Shown here one piece after another: positions 1 through 15,212 of a stretch of DNA of 64,000 nt; position 1 is the first letter of the stretch; each line of letters starts with the position of its first letter. The translations under genes were made by a program, and so were the position numbers. Source of the DNA: Kondoa subrosea (taxonomy: Eukaryota); contig BCIN01000002.1 of NCBI GenBank assembly GCA_039545335.1, positions 1,970,484 to 2,034,483 of the forward strand, read 5' to 3'. Below the pieces are notes generated by a model. The model worked only from the letters and a program-made list of their open reading frames with translations, was not told the DNA's origin and did no database searches.

Positions 1-1132
1 TGATGGAGTATCACTGGAACAAAGAACCTAAAGTAGCTACCAACGTCTTTGAGCTGGGATTGAAGACCTTCAGCGAAGAACCAGCTTACGTTGTCCGGTA
101 TTTGGATTTCCTGATCAATACGAATGACGACACAAGTAAGTAACTTCCCGTCCATTCCTATTTATTACCATGCTAATCTACGAAATGTAGACGCTCGAGC
201 AGTGTTTGAAAGAACCATTGGAAAAATCCCGCCTGAACATGCTAAACCGCTTTGGGATCGCTGGGCACGATTTGAGAATCAGTTTGGTGATCTAACAGCT
301 ATGCAAAAGCTCGACAGTCGGATAGCGGAGGCATATCCAAACAGTGCGTACCCATTTCCTTTTTTAGTATTTCATCGTGTCTGAATTTGAAACCTAGGCG
401 AACCTGTATTACGATTCGTTGAACGACATGTTCATCAAGGTCTTACAGAAATGCTCACTAAAGATCTTGGCTTCCTACCACCTGGAGCAGCAGCGAAAGC
501 TCAACAACAACCAAGGGATGATGCCAGTTCTTCTCGATCACCTTCACCTGTTCGAGGAGGCGCGGGAATGAAACGAGGTCCTTCTGAAGAACGTATGGCT
601 TATGGTAGAAGAAGAGTCAGCGTTTCTCCGCCTGGATTTAGAAGACCAGATATGATTGGTGGAGCGAAAAGACTGAGACGGGATTCACCAAGTCCTGTTA
701 GAAGAGGCGGACAAATACCGCCGATGGGCAGAAGACCAAATAGTCCACCTCCAGGCAGAGGACAAGGAGGAAGAGGAGCAGGAAGAGGCTTTTCACCACC
801 TCCGCCGCTCGCTGGACCTCCTGGAAGAAGATTTGAAGATGAAGATGGTATTACAGAATTGTTGAGGTATTTCGTTAGTATTTTGCCGTCCGCAAGTGCT
901 TTCAATGGTCAGTCTACCTTTTCGATTGAGAGAAGAAACAATACTGATAACGCACCAGGACCCATTATCCCTGGTGGAACAATTTGCGAATTACTCAAGA
1001 CTGTCACTGTACCAGCTTCTCAAGTTAGAGGCCGACCTGTAGGAAGGATGGATTCGCCTGTAAGTGTCATTGAGTTATTTCGGAGGCCATTCTCATCGGA
1101 ACTGCTTCTGCTAGTACGGTTACGGACGGTAA
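1..1132 (+). CDS. RNA14: mRNA 3'-end processing protein Rna14/CstF-77, 3' part (5' end outside window), multi-exon
   Basis: HAT-repeat Suf-family sequence [23 protein letters not shown]...[18 protein letters not shown]...[15 protein letters not shown]; last exon YGYGR-stop at 1115-1132 after intron 1060-1114. Confidence 0.9.
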
Positions 1133-1261
1133 AAATAGAGGCAGTATGGTATTATGTTGTTGTTGTTGAGGGTAATGAGTTGCAATGCTATATATTCTAC
1201 AGATGTACAATCTATGCTACCGTCTAGAGACTTGAAAGTACCCAAATGCCCCAGTCCAAAA

Positions 1262-1748
1262 TCACACCGGCTCGTGAAAAGGACTCCATACACCTCGCAC
1301 ACTCTCGCTGATCGATTGAACAGGATACCTATCCAGCTGCCGCATCTTTGCCCCGCTTGAGTCCAATACTATTGACATCTTTTCCGCTATTTCGCTTGGT
1401 TTCATGTTTTTAACACAAATGGTCTTGTCTCTTCCATTGGCTACACCGATTGACAGATGACAGATAAGCCTAGGGTCATAGCTTCGCCGTCTCGCGATAC
1501 TTACCAAAGCAACCTTTAATATTCGGATGCTTGTTCGCCCGTTTGAGGACTACGAATTCCACACTTGGATACTTGCTGGCCAGCGTAACAGCATTCTTTG
1601 TAAGATATTGACGCATCCCTTGAGATGAAGCCCAAGTATCGCAATAATGCAAAACGACTTTCTGGCAACTTAAAGAGAATGGAGCGGTATAGCCATGAGC
1701 CGTTGCGGAAGGTAGTGTCCTTAAGGAGCCTCTTAAGATCTTGGCCAT
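1262..1748 (-). CDS. MRPL51: Mitochondrial large-subunit ribosomal protein mL43 (L51/S25/CI-B8 fold), 2 exons
   Basis: CQKVVLHYCDTWASSQGMRQYL...HPNIKG..NGRDKTICVKN...SESVRGVWSPFH. Confidence 0.88.
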
Positions 1749-1800
1749 TGATCGCGCTCTTCAAATTCGCTATTGGTGATTGTTGCTCTCCAACCAAGTC

Positions 1801-2684
1801 ATGCAACAATTCATTCGATCATGCTGTAAAGTCAAAGCTCCTGCAAGGGCGTATTCTACAGCAGTACCTCTTCAACCCAAACCTCTAGTTAATCCTATTC
1901 CGCGGCCGCGCAGAAGAACTGGACCACAACCTCGAGAATTGCCTGAGTTGCAGAATAAGCTGCCCCTGTATATTGGCACAGCTGCTTTCGCATGTTCGTC
2001 CCTTCGTCACTCATTAGCTTCTCCTTCGTTTATCTTGTGCTCTATGTTCAACCAGGTATAGCTTGGGCTGGATTTCTGTCATATGGTCGGTCGATCATTC
2101 CCTGCTATGTATGTGCTGACAGGATAATAGCCATGAATTACGAACGAGCATCATCATCAGGTGAGTTTCCTCCTTTTCTCTCCTCAATTTGTAGCTGAGA
2201 CAGTGTTCAAAAGTGGTCAGAACATTAATCACCAAAGTGAAGAAGTCGCCAAAGATAGAAGCAGCATTAGGAGCACATGTCAAACCAGTACCTTGTGCAT
2301 TCAGTGCGCTTCTCTTTCCCTTTTACTGAACTGTCTAGCTGTTTGCTGATTGGTGAATAAGGTAGCGATCCATGGATTTCTGGGAGTGTGAATCTTCTTC
2401 AAGGTCAGTCTAGTTTTCTACAATGAGATATAGTCAAGGCTTAGGAAGGGGGACAGGCTCGGTTGATGTGTCTTTCCCTATCGCTGGCGAGAAAGGAACG
2501 GGCACAGCTTTCTTCACGTCTATTCGTCGCACTTCAGATGCGGCTTTCGAGATCTGTTCGTTGTCTGCTTTGCTCGTATACAGATAAAAAATGCTAATGT
2601 GTAAGAGCAGTAAGATGGAAGATAGTCTTACCAGATGGCAAAGTTATAGATTTGCTCGAAGATCAACCAGACGTACGAAATTAG
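1801..2684 (+). CDS. COA1: Cytochrome c oxidase assembly factor Coa1 family, multi-exon
   Basis: Presequence-like N-terminus, RELP motif, TM segment, then spliced NYERASSSVV...EAALG...WISGSVNLLQG..VDVSFPIAGEKGTGTAFFTSIRR; stop 2682-2684. Confidence 0.8.
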
Positions 2685-2892
2685 CTTGAATGCAATTGTA
2701 CAGTCAGCAGAACGATGAATATTGTAGCAGTAAAGAGTTGGGTATGCGCTGAGCAGAGTTATATGTCAAAATGCATCTATTTTACAATGTTACTATTTCT
2801 ACAATCTGGCACATATCTAACCCTGATATCATGCTGCTCTTTCGAATGATAAGACTGATACAAATATAGAAACGACCATACATAAGAAATCA

Positions 2893-5800
2893 TTACGCCT
2901 GTTGTGTTTGAGATGGACCATTGGAAAGCAACATTTTTAGCCTGATCAAAAGCATCAGCTTATGCCCAAGACAAGTACAGGCGCACTCACTTGTCAGTTA
3001 CTGCCAAAGGGAAAGACCTTGCGACAGCCATATCGTACAGCTCTTTAGCGTGCACCTGCTCATTGACAGCTAGTTCCGCCCTAATCATAGCGTCGAAGGT
3101 ACTTGGTTCTCGATAGACTGGATCTTGTGATGACATGAATCGAGGTTGACCGCGTCTTCTCCTTCCACCGCCAGGGTGATTTCCAGGTGCAGCGCTCCCA
3201 CTCGGTGGATCTACCAGGGCGTTGAAAACTGATCGAGCGTCTTCGATTTTGCCCTGAATAGAAAAGGCCTGAGACAATATTATGTCAGTCTTCATAGATT
3301 TCAAGTGGTACAGGAAGAGTTTACCTTTATTCTGGCATTCTCGATGTACGCGGTAGAATGCAGGCGACCTTTCATCTTCTCCGCGTAGGCTTCTACTAGT
3401 TCAGGCTTGCCATTGTGGAGACATGCGTTGACGATTGCTTCGTAGCATACTGCATCAGGCATTGCAGCGTCCGAAGTAGAAGCAGATTCGAAAATCCTTT
3501 GAGCTTCTTCGAAATTGTTCTGAATACAACCATGCGAGCTGATCAGAGCAGCCCAATGAACGCCTTGAACTTTGACTTTGGGGTCGCCTTGCAAGCGAGC
3601 GAAGACGTCCTTGAGTGAGGCATTATCAACGGGTTCGATGGCTCCATAACAGTCGAGTAGAAGCTTGTAAGTATGTTCAGAAGGTTGCACCCGTCGTCGA
3701 ATCATGTCATGGAAGTATGAGAGAGCTTTTTGACGATCGGGAGCGGTGTTGACAAAATATTGCATCATGGTATTGTAAGGTGGAACTCGAGGAACGAAAT
3801 CACGGAGGTTTTGCATCTCCGTAAAGAGATGAGAAGCAGCAGCAACATCGCCGACTTTGCAGCACTACAGAAACTCTTAGCTTTGATAAAGACACAATCG
3901 AAGCTGGCACATACTGCGTTGATGACGGCACCGTAAGTCACAGCAGACGGCAATACGCCTGCTGCTTTCATCTGTTCAAACACTTGAAGTACGGCAGATG
4001 CGCGTCGAGCCTTCGACAGACGAGAGATAAGGTTGTTGAAGAGGAAAGTGTTCGGAACGACACCTAATCGACGAGCTTCCTCGAAGAGCTCGATAGCGAC
4101 GGTAGCATCGTCTGTAGTATCGCGAGCGTTAAGAATCATCGAGCCGTATGCATCAGCAGAGGGCGCGGCTCCAGCAGCGATAAGGCGATCTCGATGTTGT
4201 GCAACTCGATCAAGAAGTCCCAGGTTGGCCATAGCAATCAGAGCATCATCTTCCAGTTGAATCCATGCTTGCATCTGACCCTCGGGATGGGGATTTAAAC
4301 GGGGTAAAAGATGATAGGCCAGTAAATATAGCTGTTCCACAGCTTGAGGGTCTCCGCCGAGGCGCCCAGCTTCCCTCATGACTTTACTGACAATATTAGG
4401 ATGTGAATAACGACCTTGAGCTGCAGCTTCTAGCAAAGTGCGAGCAGCAACAATATATCCGTCGCGATCGTGTAGTAGATTTGAGATTGATTCGTTCAGT
4501 TGCGCGTCGTAAGGACGTGTGTTAGATTCTCGAGCCGCGATAGTCGGTGCGGGGAGAGAAATGTAGTCAGGGGTGGGAGATCTGGCTACGAGAAGATCGA
4601 GGTTGGGTTGTGCTGATTTCGTTTCGACCTGATCATCATTGATCGAAGCGGCAGTATGTGTATCTTCTTGCGAGCTGTTGACAGCGGTTGCGGAATCTTG
4701 ATCAGAAATCTCTTCAGCTACGAATGCTGCAGACTGAGCAGTATCTTCTGCATTCAGTGCATCGACAATCGAAGTCGTGATAACATCCGATGACGCAGGC
4801 TCTGCCACAGCTGATGATTCTCCGATCGCTTCTTCCTCTGTTGTGGTAGCACTGTCGCTTTTGCCAACCTTGACGGCTATTCATTTCCCACTCTTCAGCT
4901 TTGGCAATTTTTTTGGTTTAGGTACATGCTTCTTACCTTCCGCGGTGACTTCAGACATATTCTCACTAGGCAAAAGAGGCTGCATAAGCTTGATGGCTTC
5001 ATCGTGACCAAAGGCATCCTTGAATGACAAGGCGGTATCGCGTAGTAAAGGAATGTAAACAGGGTCCACATCAAGCTTGATGTCAGCATGTCGCAAATCT
5101 TCAAGAACAGTCGAAAGCCCAAAACCGGTGATTGGTTCTTTGTGTTTAATAATTGAAGCTTCTTTATTGGCAAAGGCGTTCAAAATTGCGAGCCAGTTGG
5201 CAGAAGAAAGCATTGAACCGGTAGTAATTTCACCGTGAAGAGACTGTCTCAGTTCTCGATACCTTTTGATGATATCAAATCCCATTCTAGCGTTCGGAGT
5301 CTTGCCAAGTGTGCGACAGAAGACATCAGCCACACGAAGAAGAGTTGTGATAGTGGGAGTTATTGGACCAGAGATGGAAGGTTTCGTGTAACCGAGAATA
5401 GCCAAACCGAAATCGTAGAGCTTTGGCTTGAATCTTTGGAAAGGCGATGGTATGTCCCGATGACCTTCACTTTCCGCTTGCATACCGTTGACCAATTCCT
5501 CAAAGAATAACTCTGCCTCTTCAAAACGACCATGATAAGCCAAAGCAGTAGCAATACGACGAATCATGCCATGAGCGAGGACATAGTCTTTAGGAACATT
5601 GGTCACTCGTTCAGTCGCAACATCAGCTTCGAAATCTTTCTTGAAAGCCAATATGCGATCCAATAGCTCATTTGCACGAGCGTGAGCAGTTCCAGGACGA
5701 AGAGCATGACTGATGCAGAAATCGATGATAGCAGAGAATTCAGAAATTCTGATAGCTTGTTTGTACCGACGAGCATAATTGACGTAGGATGTATAGATAT

Positions 5801-7961
5801 GACATGCGGTATCAAGTGCTTCCGGAGTATCGATGGAAAACAGGGTGTAGAAGGACGGCAGGAAGAAAGTGGCAGAGAGTTTGGCTTCGCCACTTGTAGT
5901 TTCGGTAAAGAATGGTTGCTGCATTACTTGATCGAACCATCTTCTAGCAGCAGGAACATCGACTTTGGAAGACTTGCCGTTGGTGCCCAAGAAACCTTCT
6001 ACCATTGTCGCAAAGACCAAAGCATCAAGAGGTACGCCAGTTTCGGGTTTGATGAGTCTTTCAAACACTTCCACAGCTCCTGCAAAATCACCAGCAGCGA
6101 AATGTGCTTTGATGTAGAAAACCCAAAGACCAGTTTCATCATTTCTTTCAAATCGAGATTCAGCCATTGGATAGTCTTCGATGTTCCATTTATGCTTGTA
6201 GCTGATAGCATGGCCGCCTGCAATAGAGTGAGGGAAAGGCGCATCGGCTGGCGCACTTTCGCTTGATATTGGATTGGCTTGCCTGAACTTTTCATAAGCT
6301 GAAAAGACTTCTTTGGCACCGGAAAGATCCCCTGCGGAAGCATAGAGTCTGGTCATGAGCGAGAGAGGGTAGATAGGTCTGTGGATATGACGTTGCTCTA
6401 AACGTGCATAGATGTCGACACCTTGTTCGACAAATCCATTTCGAGCGCACATCGCCAAGAGCTGGAAGAAAATGAGCGGTGACAGGTAAGAAGCAGAAGG
6501 TCCGATAGCTTGATAAATTTGAAGAGCAGCAACACCATTTCGCTCGCTGGCGATGTTTCGACGATATGCTTCTTCATTCTGGATGACGATTTCAGCATCT
6601 TCTGAGCTCCAATTGTCTTGCGTCTTAGTCTCCAGCCGTGCTTGGACAACTAATTGACGTTTCAGATTTCGATTGTATACCAAATTGAGCTCCTTGTAAA
6701 CTCGAGCATCCCGACGACATAGTGCTTCAATCAAAGCTGCATAGCTGTTGATATCTGGTACAAAATTGTTCGGACTGAAAGTAGCAAAGAAATTGTTGAT
6801 ATGGTATGTTGATTGACTGCCATTGAAAGTCCTTGCAAGAGCTCGGAAGACTGCATTGTGCGAGCCTTGAGTAAGATTCCCAGATTGAAGATATTCGTCC
6901 TTGATCTTTTGCACGGCCAAGAAATCTTTTGCTGCTATAGCGGCGTTGAGATCTGCCTTGAGTTTAAGCTCTGCCTCAGTGTCTTCAGGTTTGCGAGCGA
7001 AAGAAGAGCGCTGAGGTCTGTTAGGTGCTGAATTGGCACGAGGACGGTTGCGATAAGGAGATGATTGTTGCGGCTTTGAAGCCTGTTCTGACTTTTTAAG
7101 AAGCTGTCGATTGACGACAGGACCTTTCTCGGTTTGCAGATTGGGTAGAGGAGGTATATCGCTTGAAGTCGTTGTAGGTATCGCTTGAGTTGAGTTGTGA
7201 CGGACTGCACCAAGTGAAGCACTTATTGTTGAAGTTGATGGAGTTGATGGAGGGAGTATGCGTCGCGAATTCGATCCTGTCAAAGCAGATCTGTAGCGCT
7301 CTTGAAACGCTTGTAGACTGTCGATGGAGATACTGCGCTGATCCACATCTACTGGCGACCTGGTTGATCTGGCTAGGGCAGAATCGCGAGAAAGGGAAGG
7401 TCGAGGTGTAAAAGCTTTAGCAGAGGGCCTAATCCTGCTGGGTTGCTTTTCTTCCTCCTCATCTTTCCGTTGATTCGTTTCTTGCGAATCTTGCGAAGCT
7501 GTATTGGATCCGGCTTGGACAACAGCAATACGAGGTTTTCCCTTCAGATGTATATTAGAAAGTATTGACAATCATGGAACACTACAGCTCACAGAGAATA
7601 TCCATTCATTATTGCCTGTACTATCCCTAGACTTTTGCTCTCCTCGACCAGTTTTTGACTTCTTTTCTGAAGAAGTAGGAACAGGTCCACAAGTCACAAC
7701 GTCGACTAGATTGGGTGGAAGAGGCGAGGCAGTAAAGAATCCACCTTGCTGAGAAAATTCAGGTGAGGCTGTGGAAGTGAAGTAACCACTTGGTGCTGCT
7801 GAAGTGCTTGCATTGTTCTGATTACCAATGTTCAAGTTTAGATTGACTGCATTGCGAAGTGATCGATGTGCAAGATGGTGTAGCTTCTACATATTCAAGT
7901 CTCAGAGCTGAAAAATGTCTGAAGAGCTCGAGCAACTTACAGTAGCTTTAGCACCTAGCAT
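2893..7961 (-). CDS. Large mitochondrial pentatricopeptide-repeat (PPR) protein, multi-exon
   Basis: PPR motifs (PSADAYGSMI, PNTFLFNNLISRLSKARR, PSAVTYGAVINA, PYNTMMQYF, PSEHTYKLLLD, REPSTFDAMIRAEL); start MLGAKAT then intron; the ORF pieces join through GT-AG introns of about 51-60 nt. Confidence 0.85.
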
Positions 7962-8556
7962 GATCAGATTCTACTGCTACAGAGTACTGTAGGCAGTGCT
8001 GATCAGAGCTATGCTAGTGGAAAAGGTTCGCAGGTCTTTGCTTGTCGGGCTCAAGATACAATAATGCACTTTATGTGAAAAAGTTGTGTTTGGCCAGAGT
8101 GAGGTCGGAAGCTATCTGCCTAATGCTGGATAGGTCTTATAGAGTGTGAGAATACGATTGAGGGGTCCAGCCCGTGTAGATCAGCTCGTGCTCGTTGTAT
8201 GACAATAATGCAACTTGATCGATTTGTGCCGCTGCCTGACGCGAAGTTGCCCGAGGCTTTCGTAATGAACGGCACACGATCCACATCGTCGCGGGAAGAT
8301 GACAGACACAATACCAGATCTACGATTGCAAGAGCCAGTACGAAAAAGTCCGTCTTTCGAAAGAGTTCCACACAATATCCTATTGCAAATCATAACCAGC
8401 TGATGCCAACCCTTAGCCTGCCTACTTTTCCAATCAAACGTCGATATTCTTCGCCGAAAGAGCTTGGAAGCCTGTAGTCAAAGCAAGTTAAGCGGTGATC
8501 AAGAATGCAAGAAGTACAATCTGACCTCTTCAAGCTCGTCAACAAGAACAACCAAT

Positions 8557-10741
<2,185 letters not shown>

Positions 10742-11038
10742 ATTAGCTGATTAAGGTCGTATAGAGGGTCGTGTAAAGGGTTACGAGATAGCTCGAGAGG
10801 TGGTTTAAGTCAAGCATGCTTCCGAGCGACACCGGTCACGCATCGATAGCCACAGCCTCCTGCTAGCTCGCTTACAGTATCTCCGGCGCAGCACTGATTT
10901 AGGTGAGCCGGCCTCAGTATTTGTCTTCTATCCCCTTTTCATTTGTTTAAGCTCCTTACCACGCTTTTCAACTTGCTTTCTAGCTTTCTTTTACCTTTCT
11001 GCTATCTCCTCCTCCTCCTTTCCAATCACAAGCAATCA

Positions 11039-11377
11039 ATGTCTGGCGAAGCAGCTTTTGGCGGAGGTCTCTGCGGGTTCTTCATCTCTAGTCTGTCAAG
11101 CTACTTCAACTTGACCAACTCCTTTTGCTCTGCAAGAGCTTGTGAAGATTGTTGCGGTACAAATGCTTGCGGAGGCTACTGTAAGAAGATGTGTTCGTGC
11201 GGTTTTGACGATGAGGAAAATGAAGCTACAGTCAGTGTTTCTGTCTTTGCTCGACAAATCGGGTGTTTCTAATACACTTATGGTTTGCAGAAGACTCACT
11301 TTGCTTCTCAAGAATATGCTCGGGCTCAGCCAATGGATCAATCGCCCTCCTCACATCCAGCACCGCCATACTCGTGA
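11039..11377 (+). CDS. Small Cys-rich hypothetical protein (~92 aa), 2 exons
   Basis: MSGEAAFGGGLCGFF...CEDCCGTNACGGYCKKMCSCGFDDEENEAT; 60-nt intron 11231-11290 (GTCAGT..CTAAT..CAG); ends HPAPPYS. Confidence 0.6.
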
Positions 11378-12663
11378 CTTCGCTAATTTCGGCGCCATTT
11401 CCGTAACATCCCTTCAACAGCTGTATTAGTCGGAGTAATTGCAAGAAAACTTTACCAAGGTGGTTGTATGAATATTGCGATACGTGTTTGCTCATATCTC
11501 ATACTTGTTTTCTTATGTCTAAAGTTCGGATTTCTGCGTCAAGATATCTTAGCTCCAGTCAGCAATAACATTGGTGATACTTTCAGTGATGTATTATAAT
11601 CTGTGAGTATTGGGTCAAGGATCGCATCATCGTTTTGTAATGTACGTTTGCGCTACAAAAGCGTTCTATGCTGATTGCTGTCGACAGGGCATATTATACC
11701 AGAATCAGTGATTTCCAGTGAGAAGTGTATCTCTGATCGAGTCTTCCGGTCGTTCTCTGTTCGCGTGTCAGAGATTAAAGGGCAGCCTGGACGCTTTCGC
11801 TCAGTTCTTGCTTTGCGCGTAATTAGTCCTGTTCGATAAAGATGCTCACCGACATTTGGAGTCGTCTCGAAGAGTATTGCAAGCCAATACTGAGGGCCTA
11901 AAGTCTTTCTAAGTATCGCTTCTACCGATACTCTGCTTTTCTCCCTCTCGACCTGTCGAATTTGTGTGATGCTGCTCCTCTTTTGTGGCCATCTTTTCGT
12001 TTCGCCATGCTTTCTTTTCATCTCGATATTGTCAAGCTACCAGATCCTTTGGAATGGATGCCATCACAGCATGTTCTTAAGATGACAAGCTCCTTCTTTT
12101 GCTTGACGTAGGAGCAGTGTCACTTTGCAGGATGAGAAGCATTAGCCGTGCTCTGAAGTGTACAAGACACTGGCCACTGTGAGAGTGTCGCGCCTCTCAT
12201 ATATGCAACTGAGGCAGATCTTCGAGATGATGCAACTTAACAGACATAGAAAGGTTGCTCTGCAAATGGCAGAGCTCGAAGTACGCTGATGTTGTATTCT
12301 AGGACAGTGTTGCAGTTTCAGTCGTCTTCACTGCGGAATTGATTTGTAGTGACATCACTATGGTTATGACTTTGCCCTCACGAGCATTTGTTTTGGGTCA
12401 GTGCTCATTTCAGCCGAGCACGAACTGTATTGACGCTCCAAACTGAACTATAGCCGTGCAGACCAATAATAGTATAGCTCTGATAAGATTCACCGCCTTT
12501 TCGATATTCCGAAATGTTGACACATTTTCTAACTGCACAAGGAAAGGAAATCCTTGGCCGCTCTTTCTTCCTTTTTCTAAACCTTGTCATCAATTCTTCA
12601 ACGAGCAGCATAGAGATCACGTACTACACAGCTCATTAAACCAGTCCGAATCGCAATTAAATC

Positions 12664-13945
12664 ATGCGCCTTTCAAATCAACAAACTTCATTTCTTGTTT
12701 TCCTGGCTTCCCTCATTCAGCAAAGCACAGCCTCCGCGGACTATCCATGCGAAACAGATGCCTCATGTCCAGCTTATGCTCATCCTGCAACACCATCAGA
12801 ACCGACAGAAGTCTCAGCAAACATGCATTGCGTAGCAGGTAATTTTCATCCTAGCTTACACTTGTGGATCGTGTTCACAGAAGAGTATAGATCCTTTGCA
12901 ACCATCATACGGATTCTGTGGGTATGCAGGAGCTACCTGTTCAACTGAAGCGGATTGTGATTTCGGTCAGCCCCTCGTCATCCTCCCATTCGCAAGCTGA
13001 TGACTTTACATAGGTCGATGTGAGAGTGGCAAGTGTGAAGGATATCTTGGAGCCAAATGTAGCGATACTTTAGGTTGCTTAGGTAGGTTTATCTGTCAGG
13101 TACTGGGAAAACGCAACTGACCAATTACAGGCTACTTGACATGTGGAACAGACGGTCTTTGTGGTGGAGCTGGAGCGTGAGTCTATACTGAATCCTTCCC
13201 CACTGATCAGGGCTTAGTGAATCCCTCAGGATGTGCCCGAACGGAGCTGCAGATTGCTTCTCAAGTACGTTTCTCGCGGTATATACTAGATCAACCGATC
13301 TGAGAGCTGTACAGATACCTGTAGACCATCACCTACACCAGCTCCAGATGGAAGTACGCCCAATGTCTGCAAAGCCGCTCCACCGCAAGGAATGTGGGCA
13401 GGGTCTGGCTGTTCTACAAACGATAATTGCGCATCCGGAATATGTACCGATTTTACCTGTCGCGATACACCTGCGACACCTTCTTCAAGAGCTAGACAGA
13501 GGTTCAAGCGAGCTTTGGCCAATACGCATGAAAGGATCGCGAAAGCTATGGCCAACGCTTTCTCAAATGGCCGTTCCACCAGACTAGGATGTCCAATGGG
13601 TCAAACTGCGTGTGCTACGGGAATTTCGAGCGATTCAAGTTTAGGCTACGAAGTCAGCTACGACCCGGTGATTTGTTGTGATGAGTGCTTATCTGCGTTA
13701 TTTTACAGTGTATCGATACAATGTCGACGCTCGAATCTTGCGGAGGCTGTCTACAAGATGAAGAGAAACCTGGAATGGATTGCACAGCTCTACCGAATGT
13801 TGAACAAGTTTCATGCGATCAAGGTCGATGTGTTATTCGTGCGTCTGCTCACTATGGTTCAGTTCACAGTTTTTACATGATCCTTCACACAGAGGCTTGC
13901 ACGTTTGGCAAGATGATTAGCCTGGATGGCACAGCTTGTGTCTAA
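12664..13945 (+). CDS. Secreted Cys-rich protein with C-terminal CPL1/PriA-like domain, multi-exon
   Basis: Signal peptide, Cys-rich repeats, dibasic KR site, then CPMGQTAC...GYECIDTMSTLESCGGC...GMDCTALPNVEQVSCDQGRC. Confidence 0.8.
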
Positions 13946-14140
13946 AGCTCAAAAAGAAGAAGAAGAAGATGAAGAAGAAACAGTGTATTCGTTCAAGAAA
14001 ACTAATTAGATAACAGCGCCTGTATTATATCTGCTTGTACATATGCTTTATCAAGAATGATTGTAATGATTTCGTGTTTTTGTTCGCGTTGACCTCAAAC
14101 AGTCATATACCCGCATATTGATTCCTCCTGCAGGCTGAAA

Positions 14141-15166
14141 ATGGGCTTGGAACATATCAAACAATTCAAGCTGAAGGAGGTGCTCAACGAAGGCGCGCTA
14201 TGCCCGACATTTGCATAACATTGGCTTACTAAGAGATACTACAACAGATGCTTCTCGTCGCCGCATCGTCTTGCTAGGCAGTCTAAATGATCAGCAAGCT
14301 ATATTGACAGTCGAAAAGACTCAATTTGATGCTTCAAGCATGAATGGTTTCGTGGATTCACTTTCTATTCTGGCGGAATTGGGCCAAAACGATGTCTATA
14401 CCTGGTTGATGGCGAACCGGAATAGCGAAATGGCGGATGAGCTTAAGATGACATTGATCTGTCCGTGTACTGAGACTGTGCGTGAAACCTCCGACGAAGC
14501 AATTTACATCGCTGGATATGAGTTTCTTATGCACAGCATATCAAGAAGCACTCTCGACAAGAGTATCGAGTCATTCGAGAGACTCCACAGCTGTATCACT
14601 CTATCGTCGTGCCTTTCATGGATGCTATACCTCCAGAGCGAATGCAATGGGTTTGGAACTTCCTGCAGAAGAAGAGCAAGTCAGAGAAAATCTTGTATGA
14701 CAACGAAGATCCTCAACATGGTTTCGTTATCGGACCTGACTTGAAGTGGAACCAAACAACCATGAATCAGCTCTACCTTCAAGCGGTCGTTTACAATCGA
14801 TCTCTCCGGACTTTACGTGACTTACGAACTTCTCATCTTCCAATGCTTCGAAATATTATCATTCAGGCTGAAACTCTGGCGAAAGGCTATGGACTTGAAG
14901 CGGGCTCAATTCGCTGCTATGTGCATTACCAGCCAGTAAGCTATGTTCAGCAATTTCATGCCTAATCTGACCAGAAGTAGAGTTACTATCACTTTCATGT
15001 TCATATCATGCATATTGAGTGCGAAACAACATCGAGAAACATCTCACTCGATGATATTATTGATAATCTGGAGAATTATGGCGACAGCTTCTACGAACGG
15101 AAGACTCTTACGTATGAGCTAGGCACTCAACATGGTCTATTTAGTGATCTCTGGGCCGCTCAGTGA
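14141..15166 (+). CDS. DCS1: Scavenger mRNA-decapping enzyme DcpS (HIT family); may continue into the CPDase by splicing
   Basis: VLNED..., NDVYTW, LICPCTETHIKKHS, RETPQLY, WVWNFL, PDLKW, LRTLRDL, CYVHYQPSYYHFHVH (HIT motif). Confidence 0.93.
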
Positions 15167-15212
15167 GCTAACAGATGATAAAACCCTTGTCGCCATACTG
15201 AGTTGCATCAAG

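Noticed and set aside
4877..4936. In-frame TGA splitting the PPR ORF (4881-4883), suggesting readthrough or recoding
   Set aside because: It lies within a canonical 60-nt GTAAGA..TAG intron whose removal keeps the frame
7542..7592. Second in-frame TGA in the PPR gene (7572-7574)
   Set aside because: It lies within a 51-nt GTGAGC..CTAAT..AAG intron
8199..8477. 92-aa plus-strand ORF downstream of actin
   Set aside because: No motif or splice support; it overlaps the probable actin 3' UTR in antisense
11581..11632. Minus-strand ATGATG...CTGA resembling a C/D snoRNA
   Set aside because: Under 50 nt, with no recognisable rRNA-complementary guide
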